Shown: positions 1 through 9,985, counted from the stretch's first letter. The stretch: DNA of 64,000 nt from Burkholderiales bacterium (GCA_035627155.1 DASPMF010000296.1:15335-79334); one strand, 5' to 3'. Numbers and translations are program-made. The notes: a model not told the origin generated them from the letters alone.

Positions 1-383
1 GTCCACATCCCGGGGCGCGGCCACTGCACGAGCAGCGCCTTGCGAAAGGCCTGGCCGCTCGAGGAGAAGAGCGTGTCCGAGATCTGCTTGACGCTCGAGT
101 AGATCGAGTTCACCACCGGAATGCGGTGCAGGATCTCGTGCCACAGCTCCACGAGCTGCGCGCCGAAGAAGTTGCGGGCGAAGACGCCGGTCGCGAACAC
201 GATGGCGATGGTCAGGATCGCCCCGAGCCCCGGCACATGCATGCCGAGCCAGTTCTCGGTTCGAAGGCTCTGCGGCAGGAGCAACAGCGACTGGTCGAGG
301 GTGTCGACGATGAGCTTCAGGACCCACAGCGTGATGACGAGCGGGATCCAGATGAGCAAGCCGGTAATGAGGTACTTCTTCAC
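1..383 (-). CDS. DUF502-type integral membrane protein (5' part only; gene runs off the left edge)
   Basis: Not in the ORF track because no stop lies in the window. The reverse strand from GTG at 383 reads VKKYLITGLLIWIPLVITLWVLKLIVDTLDQSLLLLPQSL...HEILHRIPVVNSIYSSVKQISDTLF. I associate this N-terminal pattern with DUF502 proteins. An AGGAA lies 5 nt upstream of the GTG. Confidence 0.75.
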   Translation of the reverse strand, partial: MKKYLITGLLIWIPLVITLWVLKLIVDTLDQSLLLLPQSLRTENWLGMHVPGLGAILTIAIVFATGVFARNFFGAQLVELWHEILHRIPVVNSIYSSVKQISDTLFSSSGQAFRKALLVQWPRPGMW

Positions 384-397
384 GCGTTCCTGAAATG

Positions 398-420
398 AAA
401 AAGCCCGGCTCGCGCCGGGC
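398..420 (-). terminator. Hairpin plus U-tract after the zinc-ribbon gene
   Basis: The reverse strand has GCCCGGC-GCGA-GCCGGGC followed by UUUUUC. It lies 18 nt after the stop at 439 and about 14 nt before the DUF502 start. Confidence 0.5.
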
Positions 421-438
421 CGTCAATCCCTTTGCGCC

Positions 439-759
439 TCAGGCAGCCGCCTTCGGCTTCGTTTCGGTCTTCGACTCGGTCTTGGCCTCGGATTTCGACT
501 CCGGCTTGCTTTCGGCCTTGCCTTCGCTCTTTGCCTCCGCCTTAGCTTCGGCGGGCTTGTCGGCCTTCCGCGCCCCGGTCGACTTGAAATCAGTGGCGTA
601 CCAGCCGCTGCCTTTCAGTTGGAATCCGGCCGCGCTCAGGAGCTTGCGGTAGGAAGCCTTGCCGCAGGAAGGGCAAGCCGCGAGCGGCGCCTCGGACACC
701 TTCTGCAAGTGTTCCTCCTGGTGTCCGCACGCTTCGCAACGGTATTCGTAAATCGGCAC
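439..759 (-). CDS. FmdB-family zinc-ribbon protein with Lys/Glu/Ser-rich tail
   Basis: ORF 439..888 trimmed to the in-frame GTG at 759. This gives (M)PIYEYRCEACGHQEEHLQKVSEAPLAACPSCGK, with CxxC...CxxC. The upstream part of the ORF is Arg-rich junk and overlaps ssb. Confidence 0.85.
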   Translation of the reverse strand: MPIYEYRCEACGHQEEHLQKVSEAPLAACPSCGKASYRKLLSAAGFQLKGSGWYATDFKSTGARKADKPAEAKAEAKSEGKAESKPESKSEAKTESKTETKPKAAA

Positions 760-781
760 GGCGCGGATTATATCCCTGATT

Positions 782-1264
782 TCAGAACGGAATATCGTCT
801 TCCATGTCGTCGAACTTGCCGGCGGGCTTCTTCGCCGCCGCCTTGTCTGCGGCGGGCGCCGCAGCGCGCGCGCCGCCCGGCGAGGCACCTTCGGCGCGGC
901 CGGCGTAGTCCTCGCGCGGCGCTCCGCCGCCTTCGCGGCGGCCGAGCATCTGCATCACGTCGCCCCGGATCTCGGTGGAGTAGTGCGTCTGGCCGTCCTT
1001 CTCGTACTTGCGGGTGCGCAGGCTGCCTTCGATGTAGACCTGGCTGCCTTTCTTGAGGTACTCGCCCGCGATCTCGGCGAGGCGGCTGAAGAAGACCACC
1101 CGGTGCCACTCGGTTTGCTCCTTCATCTCGCCGCTCGCCTTGTCCTTCCACTTGTCCGTGGTCGCGACGCGGATGTTGGTGACCGGCTCGCCCGACGGCA
1201 TGTAGCGCGTCTCCGGGTCAGCCCCGAGGTTTCCTACGATGATGACCTTGTTTACCGACGCCAT
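782..1264 (-). CDS. ssb: Single-stranded DNA-binding protein
   Basis: The protein starts [37 protein letters not shown]...EWHRVVFF (OB fold). It has a Gly/Ala-rich linker and an acidic C-terminal DDMEDDIPF tip. Confidence 0.97.
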   Translation of the reverse strand: MASVNKVIIVGNLGADPETRYMPSGEPVTNIRVATTDKWKDKASGEMKEQTEWHRVVFFSRLAEIAGEYLKKGSQVYIEGSLRTRKYEKDGQTHYSTEIRGDVMQMLGRREGGGAPREDYAGRAEGASPGGARAAAPAADKAAAKKPAGKFDDMEDDIPF

Positions 1265-1285
1265 ATCAGTCCTCCCCTTTCAAGC

Positions 1286-2470
1286 TCACAACGCCGCATT
1301 GGAAAGTCCGTTGACCGGCCTGGGCACGGGCCGCATGCCGGCCGCAACGACAAGCCACAGCGCCGAGAGCGCCGCACAGGCGAAGAATACTCCGGCGGGT
1401 CCGTAGTGCCGCGCCGTCCAGCCGCCGATCCAGCCGCCGAAGAAAACACCCAGCGTCTGGGTCGTGTTGTAGACGCCGATCGCCACGCCGCGGCCCTGCG
1501 CGGGCGCAAGGCGCGATACGAGGGAAGGCAGCATCGCCTCCAGCAGGTTGAAGGCGACGAAAAAGCCGAGCATCAGGGCGGCGATGGCGGCGATGCCGCC
1601 CTGCAGGGCGCCGAGCGCGGCTTCCACGGCGACGAGGAGGGCGACGGCGCCGAGCAGCACCGGCTTCGGGCGGTTGCGCCGGTCGGCGTAGAGCACCGCG
1701 GGCACCATGAGGGCGAACGAAAGGAGGACGACCGGGAGGTACACCTTCCAGTGTTCCGAAAGCGCGAGGCCCTCCTGCACGAGCAGCGGCGGCACGACCA
1801 CGAACATCGCGTACAGCACGATGTGCAGGATGAAGATGCCGGCATTGAGGCGCAGCAGCTCGGGGTCGAAGAGCCCCGCTCGACTGCTGGCCTCGCTCGG
1901 CCGCTCGACCGGTCCGGGGTCCGGGACCTGGGTCTTCACCACCCACATCGCGACAAAGGACAGCAGGCCCGTGAGCGCGAAGAGGCCGCCCATGCCGATG
2001 GAGCGGTAGAGGAGCGGTGCGCCGACGAGCGAGAGCGCGAACATCAGGCCGATGGTCGAGCCGATCATCGCCATCACCTTCGTGCGGTGCTGCGGCCGCG
2101 TGAGGTCCGCGGCGAGCGCCATCGCGACCGACGAGATGGCGCCGGCGCCCTGCAGCACGCGCGCCGCGATCGCCGTCCAGATGTCCTCCGCAATCACGCC
2201 GAGGAAGCTGCCGGCGGCAAAGATGAGCAGGCCGGCGTAGAGCACGGGCTTGCGACCCCATCGGTCCGACGCCATGCCGAACGGAATCTGCAGGATGCCC
2301 TGCGCGAGGCCGTACGCGCCGAGCGCGATGCCGACCAGCGTGAGGTCGTCTCCGCCGCGCATGTTCACCGCGTGCACGGCGAACACGGGGAGAATGAAGA
2401 AGAGGCCGAGCATGCGCAGCCCGTACACGCCGGCGAGGCTCGCGCCGGCGCGAATCTCTTCGCGGGTCAT
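1286..2470 (-). CDS. MFS transporter
   Basis: ORF 1286..2680 trimmed to the ATG at 2470 ([30 protein letters not shown]). It has a multi-TM hydrophobic pattern and the MFS loop motif [11 protein letters not shown]. It sits 21 nt upstream of ssb and is divergent from uvrA. Confidence 0.9.
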   Translation of the reverse strand: MTREEIRAGASLAGVYGLRMLGLFFILPVFAVHAVNMRGGDDLTLVGIALGAYGLAQGILQIPFGMASDRWGRKPVLYAGLLIFAAGSFLGVIAEDIWTAIAARVLQGAGAISSVAMALAADLTRPQHRTKVMAMIGSTIGLMFALSLVGAPLLYRSIGMGGLFALTGLLSFVAMWVVKTQVPDPGPVERPSEASSRAGLFDPELLRLNAGIFILHIVLYAMFVVVPPLLVQEGLALSEHWKVYLPVVLLSFALMVPAVLYADRRNRPKPVLLGAVALLVAVEAALGALQGGIAAIAALMLGFFVAFNLLEAMLPSLVSRLAPAQGRGVAIGVYNTTQTLGVFFGGWIGGWTARHYGPAGVFFACAALSALWLVVAAGMRPVPRPVNGLSNAAL

Positions 2471-2549
2471 GCGTTCGGTCGACACGGGCGGGTGTATCGG
2501 AGGGAAAGCGAAGCGCGATATAGTACTTGGTTTCCCTGCGAAATTCCCA

Positions 2550-5489
2550 ATGGATTGCCTGCGCATCCGCGGCGCGCGGACGCACAACCTCAAGGACGTC
2601 TCGCTCGAGCTGCCGCGCGAGAAGCTCGTCGTGATCACCGGCCTCTCGGGTTCCGGCAAGAGCTCGCTCGCCTTCGACACGCTGTACGCCGAGGGGCAGC
2701 GCCGCTACGTGGAGTCGCTCTCCGCGTACGCGCGGCAGTTCCTGCAGCTCATGGAAAAGCCGGACGTCGACCTGATCGAAGGCCTGTCGCCGGCGATCGC
2801 GATCGAGCAGAAGGCGGCGAGCCACAACCCGCGGTCCACGGTCGGCACGGTCACCGAGATCCACGACTACCTGCGGCTGCTCTTCGCGCGCGTCGGAACG
2901 CCGTACTGCCCGGACCACAACCTTCCCCTGCAGGCGCAGACGGTGGCGCAGATGGTCGACCACTGCCTGGCGCTGCCGGAAGACACGCGCGTGCTGGTGC
3001 TCGCTCCGGTGGTCGCCGGGCGCAAGGGCGAGCAGGCGAACCTGCTCGACGAGCTGCGCGCGCAGGGCTTCACGCGCGTGCGCATCGACGGCAAGGTGCA
3101 CGAGCTCGACGGCGCGCCGCGCCTCGCGAAGAACCAGAAGCATTCGGTCGATGTCGTAGTGGACCGGCTGCGCGTGCGCGCGGAAGCGAAGCAGCGCCTC
3201 GCGGAGTCGCTCGAGACCGCACTGCGGCATGCGGACGGCAAGGCGATCGTCGCCGAGGCGGAGCACGGCAAGGAGCATCTCTTCTCCTCGAAATTCGCCT
3301 GCCCGGCGTGCGACTACTCCATTCCCGAGCTCGAGCCGCGGCTCTTTTCGTTCAACAACCCGATGGGCGCCTGCCCGCGCTGCGACGGCCTTGGTGCGAT
3401 CGACTTCTTCGATCCGCGACGCGTGGTGGCGCATCCGAACCTCAGCCTCGCAAGCGGGGCGATCCGGGGATGGGACCGGCGCAACCAGTTCTACTACGCG
3501 ATGCTCCAGTCGCTCGCGCGCCACTACAAGTTCGACATCGAGCAGCCCTGGGAAATGCTTCCGGACGAGGTGCAGGAGCGCGTGCTGCAGGGCTCGGGCA
3601 AGGAGAAGATCGCCTTCCACTACCATGCCGAGCGCGGCCGCGGCGCCGTGAAGGTGCATCCGTTCGAGGGCGTGATACCCAACCTGGAGCGACGCTATCG
3701 CGAGACCGATTCCATCGTCGTTCGCGAGGAGCTCGCCAAGTACCGGAACACGCGCGCCTGTCCCGAGTGCAACGGCACGCGCCTGCGCCGCGAAGCGCGG
3801 CACGTGCGCCTTGCCGAGCGCACCCTCTACGAGGTGTCCGCCCTGCCGCTCAGGAAGACGCTCGAGTTCTTCCGCGGCCTGGCGCTCGAGGGCGCGAAGC
3901 GGCAGATCGCCGAACGCATCGTGCGCGAGATTGCGAACCGCCTGGAGTTCCTGGTCAACGTGGGGCTCGACTATCTTGCGCTCGATCGCTCGGCGGAAAC
4001 CCTTTCCGGCGGCGAGGCGCAGCGCATCCGCCTCGCCAGCCAGATCGGTTCCGGCCTGACCGGCGTGATGTACGTGCTCGACGAGCCTTCCATCGGGCTC
4101 CACCAGCGCGACAACGCGCGCCTGATCGAGACGCTGCAGCGCCTGCGCGACCTTGGCAACTCGGTGATCGTGGTCGAGCATGACGAGGACGCGATCCGCT
4201 CCGCGGACTGGGTGGTGGACATGGGCCCCGGCGCGGGGGAGTCCGGCGGCCGCGTGGTCTCCGAAGGCACGCCGGCGATGATCATCGCGGACGCGGCGTC
4301 GCTGACCGGCCGCTACCTTTCCGGGGCGCTGACGATCCCGCTGCCCGAGCGCCGGCGACGGCCCGAGAGCGAGCGCAAGCTGTTCGTGGAGAAGGCGCGC
4401 GGCAACAACCTGAAAGGGGTGGATTTGGAACTGCCCCTCGGGCTGTTCGTCTGCGTGACGGGCGTTTCGGGCTCGGGCAAGTCGACCCTGATCAACGACA
4501 CGCTCTCGGCCGCCGCGGCGCGCCATTTGTACGGCTCTTCGCTCGAGCCTGCGCCGCACGACGCCATCCGCGGCCTGGAGCAGCTCGACAAGGTCGTCAG
4601 CGTGGACCAGAGCCCGATCGGTCGCACGCCGCGCTCGAATCCGGCGACCTACACCGGCCTCTTCACGCCGATCCGGGAGCTCTTCGCCGGCGTGCCCGAG
4701 GCGCGCGGGCGCGGCTACGACGCCGGTCGCTTTTCGTTCAACGTGAAGGGCGGCCGCTGCGAAGCCTGCCAAGGCGACGGCGTCACGAAGGTGGAGATGC
4801 ATTTCCTGGCCGACGTCTACGTGGCCTGCGACGTGTGCAACGGCCGTCGCTACAACCGCGAGACCCTCGAGATCCGCTACCGCGGCCGCACCATCCACGA
4901 GGTGCTCGAGATGACCGTCGCCGAGGCGGCGGAGTTCTTTTCCGCGGTGCCGGTGATCGCGCGCAAGCTGCAGACCCTCACCGACGTGGGGCTGGGCTAC
5001 GTGCGGCTCGGCCAGTCGGCCACGACGCTTTCGGGCGGGGAGGCGCAGCGCGTCAAGCTTTCGCTCGAGCTTTCCAAGCGCGATACGGGCCGCACGCTGT
5101 ACATCCTCGACGAGCCGACCACCGGCCTGCATTTCCACGACATCCGCCTGCTGCTGGAGGTCCTGCACCGGCTGCGCGACGCCGGCAACACGGTCGTGGT
5201 CATCGAGCACAACCTGGACGTCATCAAGACCGCGGACTGGGTGGTCGACATGGGGCCGGAAGGCGGGGACGGCGGGGGGCGGATCGTCGTGGCCGGGACA
5301 CCGGAACAGGTGGCAGCAAGCCCCGGCAGCCATACCGGGGCCTACCTGCGCCGAGCGCTCGGCTTGCCGAATACGAACGTTCGTGCTATTTTGCCGGCCG
5401 ATGGTCAAAGCCCAACGGATCCAGGCAGCACCGCCCAGCGCAACCAAGGGCGAGCGCACGCGCGCGGCCATTCTCGACGCCGCCCTTAG
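2550..5489 (+). CDS. uvrA: Excinuclease ABC subunit A
   Basis: ORF 2250..5489 trimmed to the in-frame ATG at 2550 ([65 protein letters not shown]). There are two ABC modules (GLSGSGKS and GVSGSGKST, with LSGGEAQR twice) and Cys clusters CPxC/CxxC. The C-terminus extends about 40 aa beyond the usual ...SHTGxYL end. Confidence 0.97.
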   Translation: MDCLRIRGARTHNLKDVSLELPREKLVVITGLSGSGKSSLAFDTLYAEGQRRYVESLSAYARQFLQLMEKPDVDLIEGLSPAIAIEQKAASHNPRSTVGTVTEIHDYLRLLFARVGTPYCPDHNLPLQAQTVAQMVDHCLALPEDTRVLVLAPVVAGRKGEQANLLDELRAQGFTRVRIDGKVHELDGAPRLAKNQKHSVDVVVDRLRVRAEAKQRLAESLETALRHADGKAIVAEAEHGKEHLFSSKFACPACDYSIPELEPRLFSFNNPMGACPRCDGLGAIDFFDPRRVVAHPNLSLASGAIRGWDRRNQFYYAMLQSLARHYKFDIEQPWEMLPDEVQERVLQGSGKEKIAFHYHAERGRGAVKVHPFEGVIPNLERRYRETDSIVVREELAKYRNTRACPECNGTRLRREARHVRLAERTLYEVSALPLRKTLEFFRGLALEGAKRQIAERIVREIANRLEFLVNVGLDYLALDRSAETLSGGEAQRIRLASQIGSGLTGVMYVLDEPSIGLHQRDNARLIETLQRLRDLGNSVIVVEHDEDAIRSADWVVDMGPGAGESGGRVVSEGTPAMIIADAASLTGRYLSGALTIPLPERRRRPESERKLFVEKARGNNLKGVDLELPLGLFVCVTGVSGSGKSTLINDTLSAAAARHLYGSSLEPAPHDAIRGLEQLDKVVSVDQSPIGRTPRSNPATYTGLFTPIRELFAGVPEARGRGYDAGRFSFNVKGGRCEACQGDGVTKVEMHFLADVYVACDVCNGRRYNRETLEIRYRGRTIHEVLEMTVAEAAEFFSAVPVIARKLQTLTDVGLGYVRLGQSATTLSGGEAQRVKLSLELSKRDTGRTLYILDEPTTGLHFHDIRLLLEVLHRLRDAGNTVVVIEHNLDVIKTADWVVDMGPEGGDGGGRIVVAGTPEQVAASPGSHTGAYLRRALGLPNTNVRAILPADGQSPTDPGSTAQRNQGRAHARGHSRRRP
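5374..5388. promoter_or_regulatory. Candidate TetR operator 1 (CGAACGTTCGTGCTA; core palindrome ACGAACGTTCGT)
   Basis: A perfect 12-bp palindrome lies at 5373-5384, 13 nt upstream of the tetR ATG. The same 15-mer recurs in inverted orientation at 6079-6093. Confidence 0.45.
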
Positions 5490-6030
5490 GCTGGTCAGCA
5501 AATCGGGCCTCGACGGGCTCACCATCGGCTCGTTGGCCGACGCGACCGGCATGTCGAAGTCGGGCCTCTTCGCGCATTTCGGCTCCCGGGAAGACTTGCT
5601 GCTGTCCGTGCTCAACCACGGTCAGCAGGAATTCATCGAGGTCGTCCTCAACCCGGCGCTCAAGAAGCCGCGCGGCATCCCGCGCCTGCGGGCAATGTTC
5701 GTGAACTGGCTGGACTGGACGGAGTCGGCCGAGCTCCCGGGGGGCTGTCCCATGATCGGCGGCGCTACGGAATTCGACGACAAGCCCGGACCGGTCCGCG
5801 ACATGCTCGCCGCCGGACAGCGCGCCTGGATCGATACGCTGCAGCGTGCCGTTCGCCAGGCACGCGAGGAAAGCCAGCTGCGCGCCGATGCCGACCCGGA
5901 GCAGATCGCCTTCGAGGTGTTCGGCATCGCGCTCGTCGTCCACCATCACCGTCGCCTGCTCGGCTACCAGAAATCCCGGGAGCGGGCGCTCACCGCACTC
6001 GACGCGCTGCTCGCGCGTCACGCCGCCTAA
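5401..6030 (+). CDS. TetR/AcrR family transcriptional regulator
   Basis: The N-terminal HTH reads [53 protein letters not shown] chose the ATG at 5401 as the start; the ORF track begins at GTG 5383. Confidence 0.9.
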   Translation: MVKAQRIQAAPPSATKGERTRAAILDAALRLVSKSGLDGLTIGSLADATGMSKSGLFAHFGSREDLLLSVLNHGQQEFIEVVLNPALKKPRGIPRLRAMFVNWLDWTESAELPGGCPMIGGATEFDDKPGPVRDMLAAGQRAWIDTLQRAVRQAREESQLRADADPEQIAFEVFGIALVVHHHRRLLGYQKSRERALTALDALLARHAA

Positions 6031-6049
6031 CCGTAGAAGGAGCCCTGCC

Positions 6050-6952
6050 ATGCCGCCCACCTCCGCCCTGCCGCAAATTAGCACGAACGTTCGCTTTGCC
6101 GCGTCCGCCCTGCTCTTTCCAGAGCTCGCGGGCGCGCTGGCGGAGCGCCTCTTCCTCACCCCGCCGCGCGCAGATTTCCAGGAGACGGCGCTCGACCTGC
6201 TCGACGCGCGCGCGAGCTTCATCTCGCATAAGGCGCGGCGCATCGCCACGTGGGAATGGGGGTGGAAGTCGCGCGAGGCGCCGGCGGTGCTCCTCGCACA
6301 CGGCTGGGGCGGTCAGACCGCGCAGTTGCGCGGCTTCGTCTTTCCGCTGCTCGCCGCGGGTTTCCGCGTGATCGGCTTCGATCAGCCGGCCCACGGGCTG
6401 TCCGAGGGTCGCCTCACCGGCCTGCCGGATTTCGCCGAAGTGCTTGCGGAAGTGGCCGGCCTGCATGGCCAGCCGGAGTACGTGGTCGCGCACTCGGTCG
6501 GAGCGGCCGCAGCCGCGTTTGCCATGTCGCGCGGCCTCGCGTTCCGCCGCGCCGTGCTCGTGAGCCCGCCAGCCGACGTCGTAGGCTACTCGCGGCGCTT
6601 CGCACGCTGGCACTGGATTCCGGAGCCCGTGCGCGGCTCCATGCAGACCGCGATCGAGGAGCGCTACGGCGTGCGCTGGGACGAGCTCGAGATCGAGCGC
6701 ATGGCGCCGCGGCTTTCCGGCTCGGCCCTCGTGATCCACGACCGCGAAGACCGCATCGTGCCGGCGCGCCAGGGTATCCGCTTCGCGCGCGCCTGGCGCG
6801 GCGCGAGACTGCTCCTCACGCAGGGCCTCGGCCACGGCCGCATCCTGCGCGATCCGCAGGTGACGCGCGCCGCGGCCGATTTCATCGCCGGGCGCTCGCA
6901 GGTGGCGAGCGTCGCTGCGCCAGCCGTTCCGCATCCCGCGCCGGCGTACTGA
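6050..6952 (+). CDS. Alpha/beta hydrolase
   Basis: ORF 5846..6952 trimmed to the ATG at 6050, which has GAAGGAG 7 nt upstream. Motifs are LLAHGWGG (oxyanion region), the VAHSVGA nucleophile elbow (G/A-H-S-x-G) and a C-terminal GLGHGRIL. Confidence 0.85.
   Translation: MPPTSALPQISTNVRFAASALLFPELAGALAERLFLTPPRADFQETALDLLDARASFISHKARRIATWEWGWKSREAPAVLLAHGWGGQTAQLRGFVFPLLAAGFRVIGFDQPAHGLSEGRLTGLPDFAEVLAEVAGLHGQPEYVVAHSVGAAAAAFAMSRGLAFRRAVLVSPPADVVGYSRRFARWHWIPEPVRGSMQTAIEERYGVRWDELEIERMAPRLSGSALVIHDREDRIVPARQGIRFARAWRGARLLLTQGLGHGRILRDPQVTRAAADFIAGRSQVASVAAPAVPHPAPAY
6079..6093. promoter_or_regulatory. Candidate TetR operator 2 (TAGCACGAACGTTCG, the inverted copy of site 1)
   Basis: This is the exact reverse complement of the 15-mer at 5374-5388. 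It contains the 10-bp palindrome CGAACGTTCG. It lies 29-43 nt inside the downstream hydrolase CDS. Confidence 0.4.
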
Positions 6953-6953
6953 C

Positions 6954-7424
6954 ATGACGTTCACCGATCCCAAGGCGCTCGCCGAAGCCGGCCGCACGAT
7001 GAGCGGAGTGGAGTTCCTGCGCGCCATGATCGAAGGCCGGCTGCCGCCCCCGCCCATCGCACAGCTGCTGGATTTCCGGCTGGTCGAGATCGACAACGGC
7101 CACGCGGTCTTCGAATGCGTGCCGGCCGCGAAGCACTACAACCCGATCGGCGTGGTGCACGGCGGTCTCGCCATGACGCTGCTCGACTCCTGCATGGGGT
7201 GCGCCGTGCAGACGACCCTGCCCGCCGGCACCGGCTACACGACGCTCGAGGCGAAGACCAACCTCGTGCGCGCGATCACCTCGGATACGGGCCCGTTGCG
7301 CGCCATCGGCAAAGTCGTTCACGCCGGCAAGCGCATCGCGACCGCGGAAGGCCGGCTGGTGGACGCGGCCGGCAAGCTCTACGCGCACGCGACGACCACC
7401 TGCATCGTCCTGAGCGGAAACTGA
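6954..7424 (+). CDS. PaaI-family (hotdog) thioesterase
   Basis: The protein reads ...FRLVEIDNGHAVFECVPAAKHYNPIGVVHGGLAMTLLDSCMGCAV...GKRIATAEGRLVD.., the typical PaaI/4HBT signature. It starts 1 nt after the preceding stop. Confidence 0.9.
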   Translation: MTFTDPKALAEAGRTMSGVEFLRAMIEGRLPPPPIAQLLDFRLVEIDNGHAVFECVPAAKHYNPIGVVHGGLAMTLLDSCMGCAVQTTLPAGTGYTTLEAKTNLVRAITSDTGPLRAIGKVVHAGKRIATAEGRLVDAAGKLYAHATTTCIVLSGN

Positions 7425-7453
7425 GTGGAAAATGAGCGCATCCTGAGGGTGTC

Positions 7454-8271
7454 GTGAACGAGACGCTTCGCACGGCGGACGGCGCGGCGATCGTCGCGCG
7501 CTTCTTCCGCCCCGCTGGCGCCCCCCGCGGCGCCGTCCTGATCGTTCCGGCGATGGGCACGCCGCAGGACTACTACCGCGCTTTCGCGCAATGGCTTGCC
7601 GTGCAGGGCTACCTCGCCGCAACGTTCGACTACCGCGGCACGGGCTGTCGCGCCCGGGCAGCCTGCGCGGCTTCAAGGCCGACCTGTTCGACTGGGCCGA
7701 GCGCGACTGCGGCGCGATGCTCGATGCGCTCGAGGTGCGCGCCGCCGGAGCGCCGCTTTACTGGATCGGGCACAGCCTCGGCGGCCAGATCCTGGCGCTC
7801 GTGCCCAACGCCGCCAAAGTCCGCAAGGTGATCACCGTCGCCACCGGCAGCGGCTACTGGCTGCAGAACGTTCCCCGGCTGCGGCTCAAGGTGTGGTGGC
7901 TCTGGTTCGTCGTCGTACCGCTCGCGCTGCGCCTGTGCGGCTACTTCCCGGGACGCTCGCTGCGCAAGGTCGGCGACCTCCCGCAAGGCGTGATGGCGCA
8001 GTGGCGACGCTGGTGCCTGGACCGCGAGTACGCCGTCGGCGCCGAAGGCGACGCGTTGCGCGCCCGGTTCGCGGCCGTGCGCACGCCGATCGTGTCGCTC
8101 TCGTTCTCCGACGACGAAATGATGTCGCTCGCCAACACGCAATCGATCCACGGCTATTTCTCGAACGCGCCGCGCGACATCGGCGTGGCGCGGATCGGCC
8201 ACTTCGGCTTCTTCCGCCCGCGCTTCGAGGAGCTGCTCTGGCGGAACGTGCTCCTTCCGGAGCTCAGCTAG
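7454..8271 (+). pseudogene. Alpha/beta hydrolase (COG4757-like) interrupted by a 1-nt frameshift near 7642-7645
   Basis: The frame of GTG 7454 (GAGGG RBS) gives MNETLRTADGAAIVARFFRPAGAPRGAVLIVPAMGTPQDYYRAFAQWLAVQGYLAATFDYRGTG and then degenerates. The adjacent frame (ORF 7591..8271) continues sensibly as LSRPGSLRGFKADLFDWAERDCGAMLDALE...YWIGHSLGGQILAL... One extra G in acgggctg would restore ...FDYRGTGLSRPGSL... Confidence 0.75.
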
Positions 8272-9985
8272 CCGGCCGCAACGCCCGCTGCTCCCACGCG
8301 AGGCGCCGGACGTGGAATTCGGCCAGGCTCGCACGGTGGCCGATGGACACGAGCGTGGTTTCGGGCAGCTTTTCCCGCAACAGGCGATAGAGCGCCGCCT
8401 GCGCATCCTCCGGCAGCGAGGCCGTCGCCTCGTCGAGGAACAGCCAGTCGGGCCGGTTGAGCAGGGCGCGCGCGAACGCAAGGCGCTGCTGCTCGCCCCC
8501 AGAAAGCACCTGGCTCCAGTTCTCGGCGCGATCCAGGTCGTCCGCCTTGTGCGAAAGGCCAACCGAAGCGAGCGCATCTCGCACGTCGGGGTCCGGAAAT
8601 TCCGATTCCCGCGCCGGGTACGCGACCGCGTGGCGCAGCGTTCCGAGCGGCAGATACGGCTTTTGCGGCAGGAAGAGCGCGCGCGCGCCCTTCGGCATGC
8701 GGATGCGCCCCTTCCAGTAGGGCCAGATGCCGGCCAGCGACCGGAACAACGTCGACTTGCCGGCGCCCGAAGGGCCGGTCAGCAGGACGTTCTCCCGGGG
8801 CCGGAGCTCGACGTCGGTCGGCTGCAGGAGCGTCGCGCCTTGGGGCAGCGCGATCTCGAGCCGCTCCAGCGCAATCGCGTCGCCTGCGGACTCCGCATGC
8901 TCGCCGTCGAGCTGCTCCGCTTCGGCCTTGACCCGCTCGATCGACTCGCTGAAGCCGATCAACCGGTCCACCGTCGCCCTCCACTGGGCGAAGGTCGTGT
9001 AGGCGCCGATGAACCACGACAGCGCGCCCTGCACCTGGCCGAAGGCCGAGGCGGTCTGGAAGATCACACCGAGGGTGATGGTCCCGGCAAAGAAGCGCGG
9101 CGCGACCACGATGTAGGGAAAGATGATCGCCAGCTGCGCGTAGAACGACGTGAACCAGGTGAGCTGCTTCTGCTTCAGCATGAGCGCCCACCAGTTCGCG
9201 ATCACCGGCGCGAAGCGCTGGTGCAGCGCGGCCTTTTCCTGCCCCTCGCCGCGGTACAGGCTGATGCCCTCGCTGTTCTCCCGCACGCGCACCAGACCGA
9301 AGCGGAAGTCGGCCTCGTAGCGCTGCTGGTTGTAGTCCAGGCTGATGAGGCGGCGTCCGATCACGTGGGTGAGCGCGGTGCCGACCACGGCGTAGCCGAG
9401 CGCCACCCAGACGAGGTAGCCGGAGACCGACACGCCGCCGATGCGGATGACCTCCGAGAGCTGCCAGAGGATGCCGATGAACACCACCAGGGTGGCGGCA
9501 GCCGAGAGGAAGCCGACGAACAGGGAGAGCGTCAGGTCGCAGAAGAGGCGCAGGTCTTCCGCGATGCGCTGGTCCGGGTTGTCGGTGCCGCGGTCGAGCA
9601 GCTGCATGCGGTAGTGGGCCCGGTCCCCGAGCCAGTCGTCGAGGAAGCGCCCGGTGAGCCAGGTGCGCCATTCGATCAGCAGCATCTGCTGGAAATACAG
9701 CCGGTACACCGCGGTGATGATGTACATGAGCGCGAGCAGACCGAACATGCCCAGCTGGCGGAAGAACTCCTGCTCGTCGCGGTTCTCGAACGTGTTGTAG
9801 AAGTCGCGGTTCCACGAGTTGAACTGCAACTCCATCCACACGAGCGTCATTGCCAGCCCTACGACGGTCGCGAGCAGCGTCAGGCCCTTGGCGCGCTGCT
9901 CCGAGACCCAGTAGGGCTTCGCCAGCGCCCAGAATGCTTTCAGGAACCGCGCCTTGCCGCGCGTCTCGCTTCGCCGTTCGACCAT
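8264..9985 (-). CDS. Fused ABC transporter permease/ATPase (YddA / ABCD-like, COG4178 type)
   Basis: A 573-aa ORF. The N-terminal TM domain carries the EAA-free ABCD-like pattern (NSWNRDFYNTFENRD, RTWLTGRFLDDWL, NPDQRIAEDL). The C-terminal NBD has GPSGAGKST, LSGGEQQRLAFAR and WLFLDEATS. Confidence 0.92.
   Translation of the reverse strand: MVERRSETRGKARFLKAFWALAKPYWVSEQRAKGLTLLATVVGLAMTLVWMELQFNSWNRDFYNTFENRDEQEFFRQLGMFGLLALMYIITAVYRLYFQQMLLIEWRTWLTGRFLDDWLGDRAHYRMQLLDRGTDNPDQRIAEDLRLFCDLTLSLFVGFLSAAATLVVFIGILWQLSEVIRIGGVSVSGYLVWVALGYAVVGTALTHVIGRRLISLDYNQQRYEADFRFGLVRVRENSEGISLYRGEGQEKAALHQRFAPVIANWWALMLKQKQLTWFTSFYAQLAIIFPYIVVAPRFFAGTITLGVIFQTASAFGQVQGALSWFIGAYTTFAQWRATVDRLIGFSESIERVKAEAEQLDGEHAESAGDAIALERLEIALPQGATLLQPTDVELRPRENVLLTGPSGAGKSTLFRSLAGIWPYWKGRIRMPKGARALFLPQKPYLPLGTLRHAVAYPARESEFPDPDVRDALASVGLSHKADDLDRAENWSQVLSGGEQQRLAFARALLNRPDWLFLDEATASLPEDAQAALYRLLREKLPETTLVSIGHRASLAEFHVRRLAWEQRALRPAS

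Noticed and set aside
2471-2549. An expected LexA/SOS box in the uvrA / MFS-ssb divergent spacer
   Set aside because: No CTGT-N8-ACAG-type or other clear palindrome is present. A TATAGT hexamer exists, but I cannot support a regulatory call.
1266-5615. A 1449-aa minus-strand ORF, together with the 1066-aa plus-strand ORF 983..4183
   Set aside because: Both are Arg/Ala/Pro/Gly-dominated with no recognisable motifs. They lie antisense or out of frame to well-supported uvrA, MFS and ssb genes. They are typical stop-free alternate frames of high-GC DNA.
7619-7632. GCAACGTTCGAC, a partial match to the tetR-flanking palindrome, right next to the frameshift
   Set aside because: Only the right half matches (CAAC versus GAAC), and it lacks the flanking GTGCTA. 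It is most likely chance.
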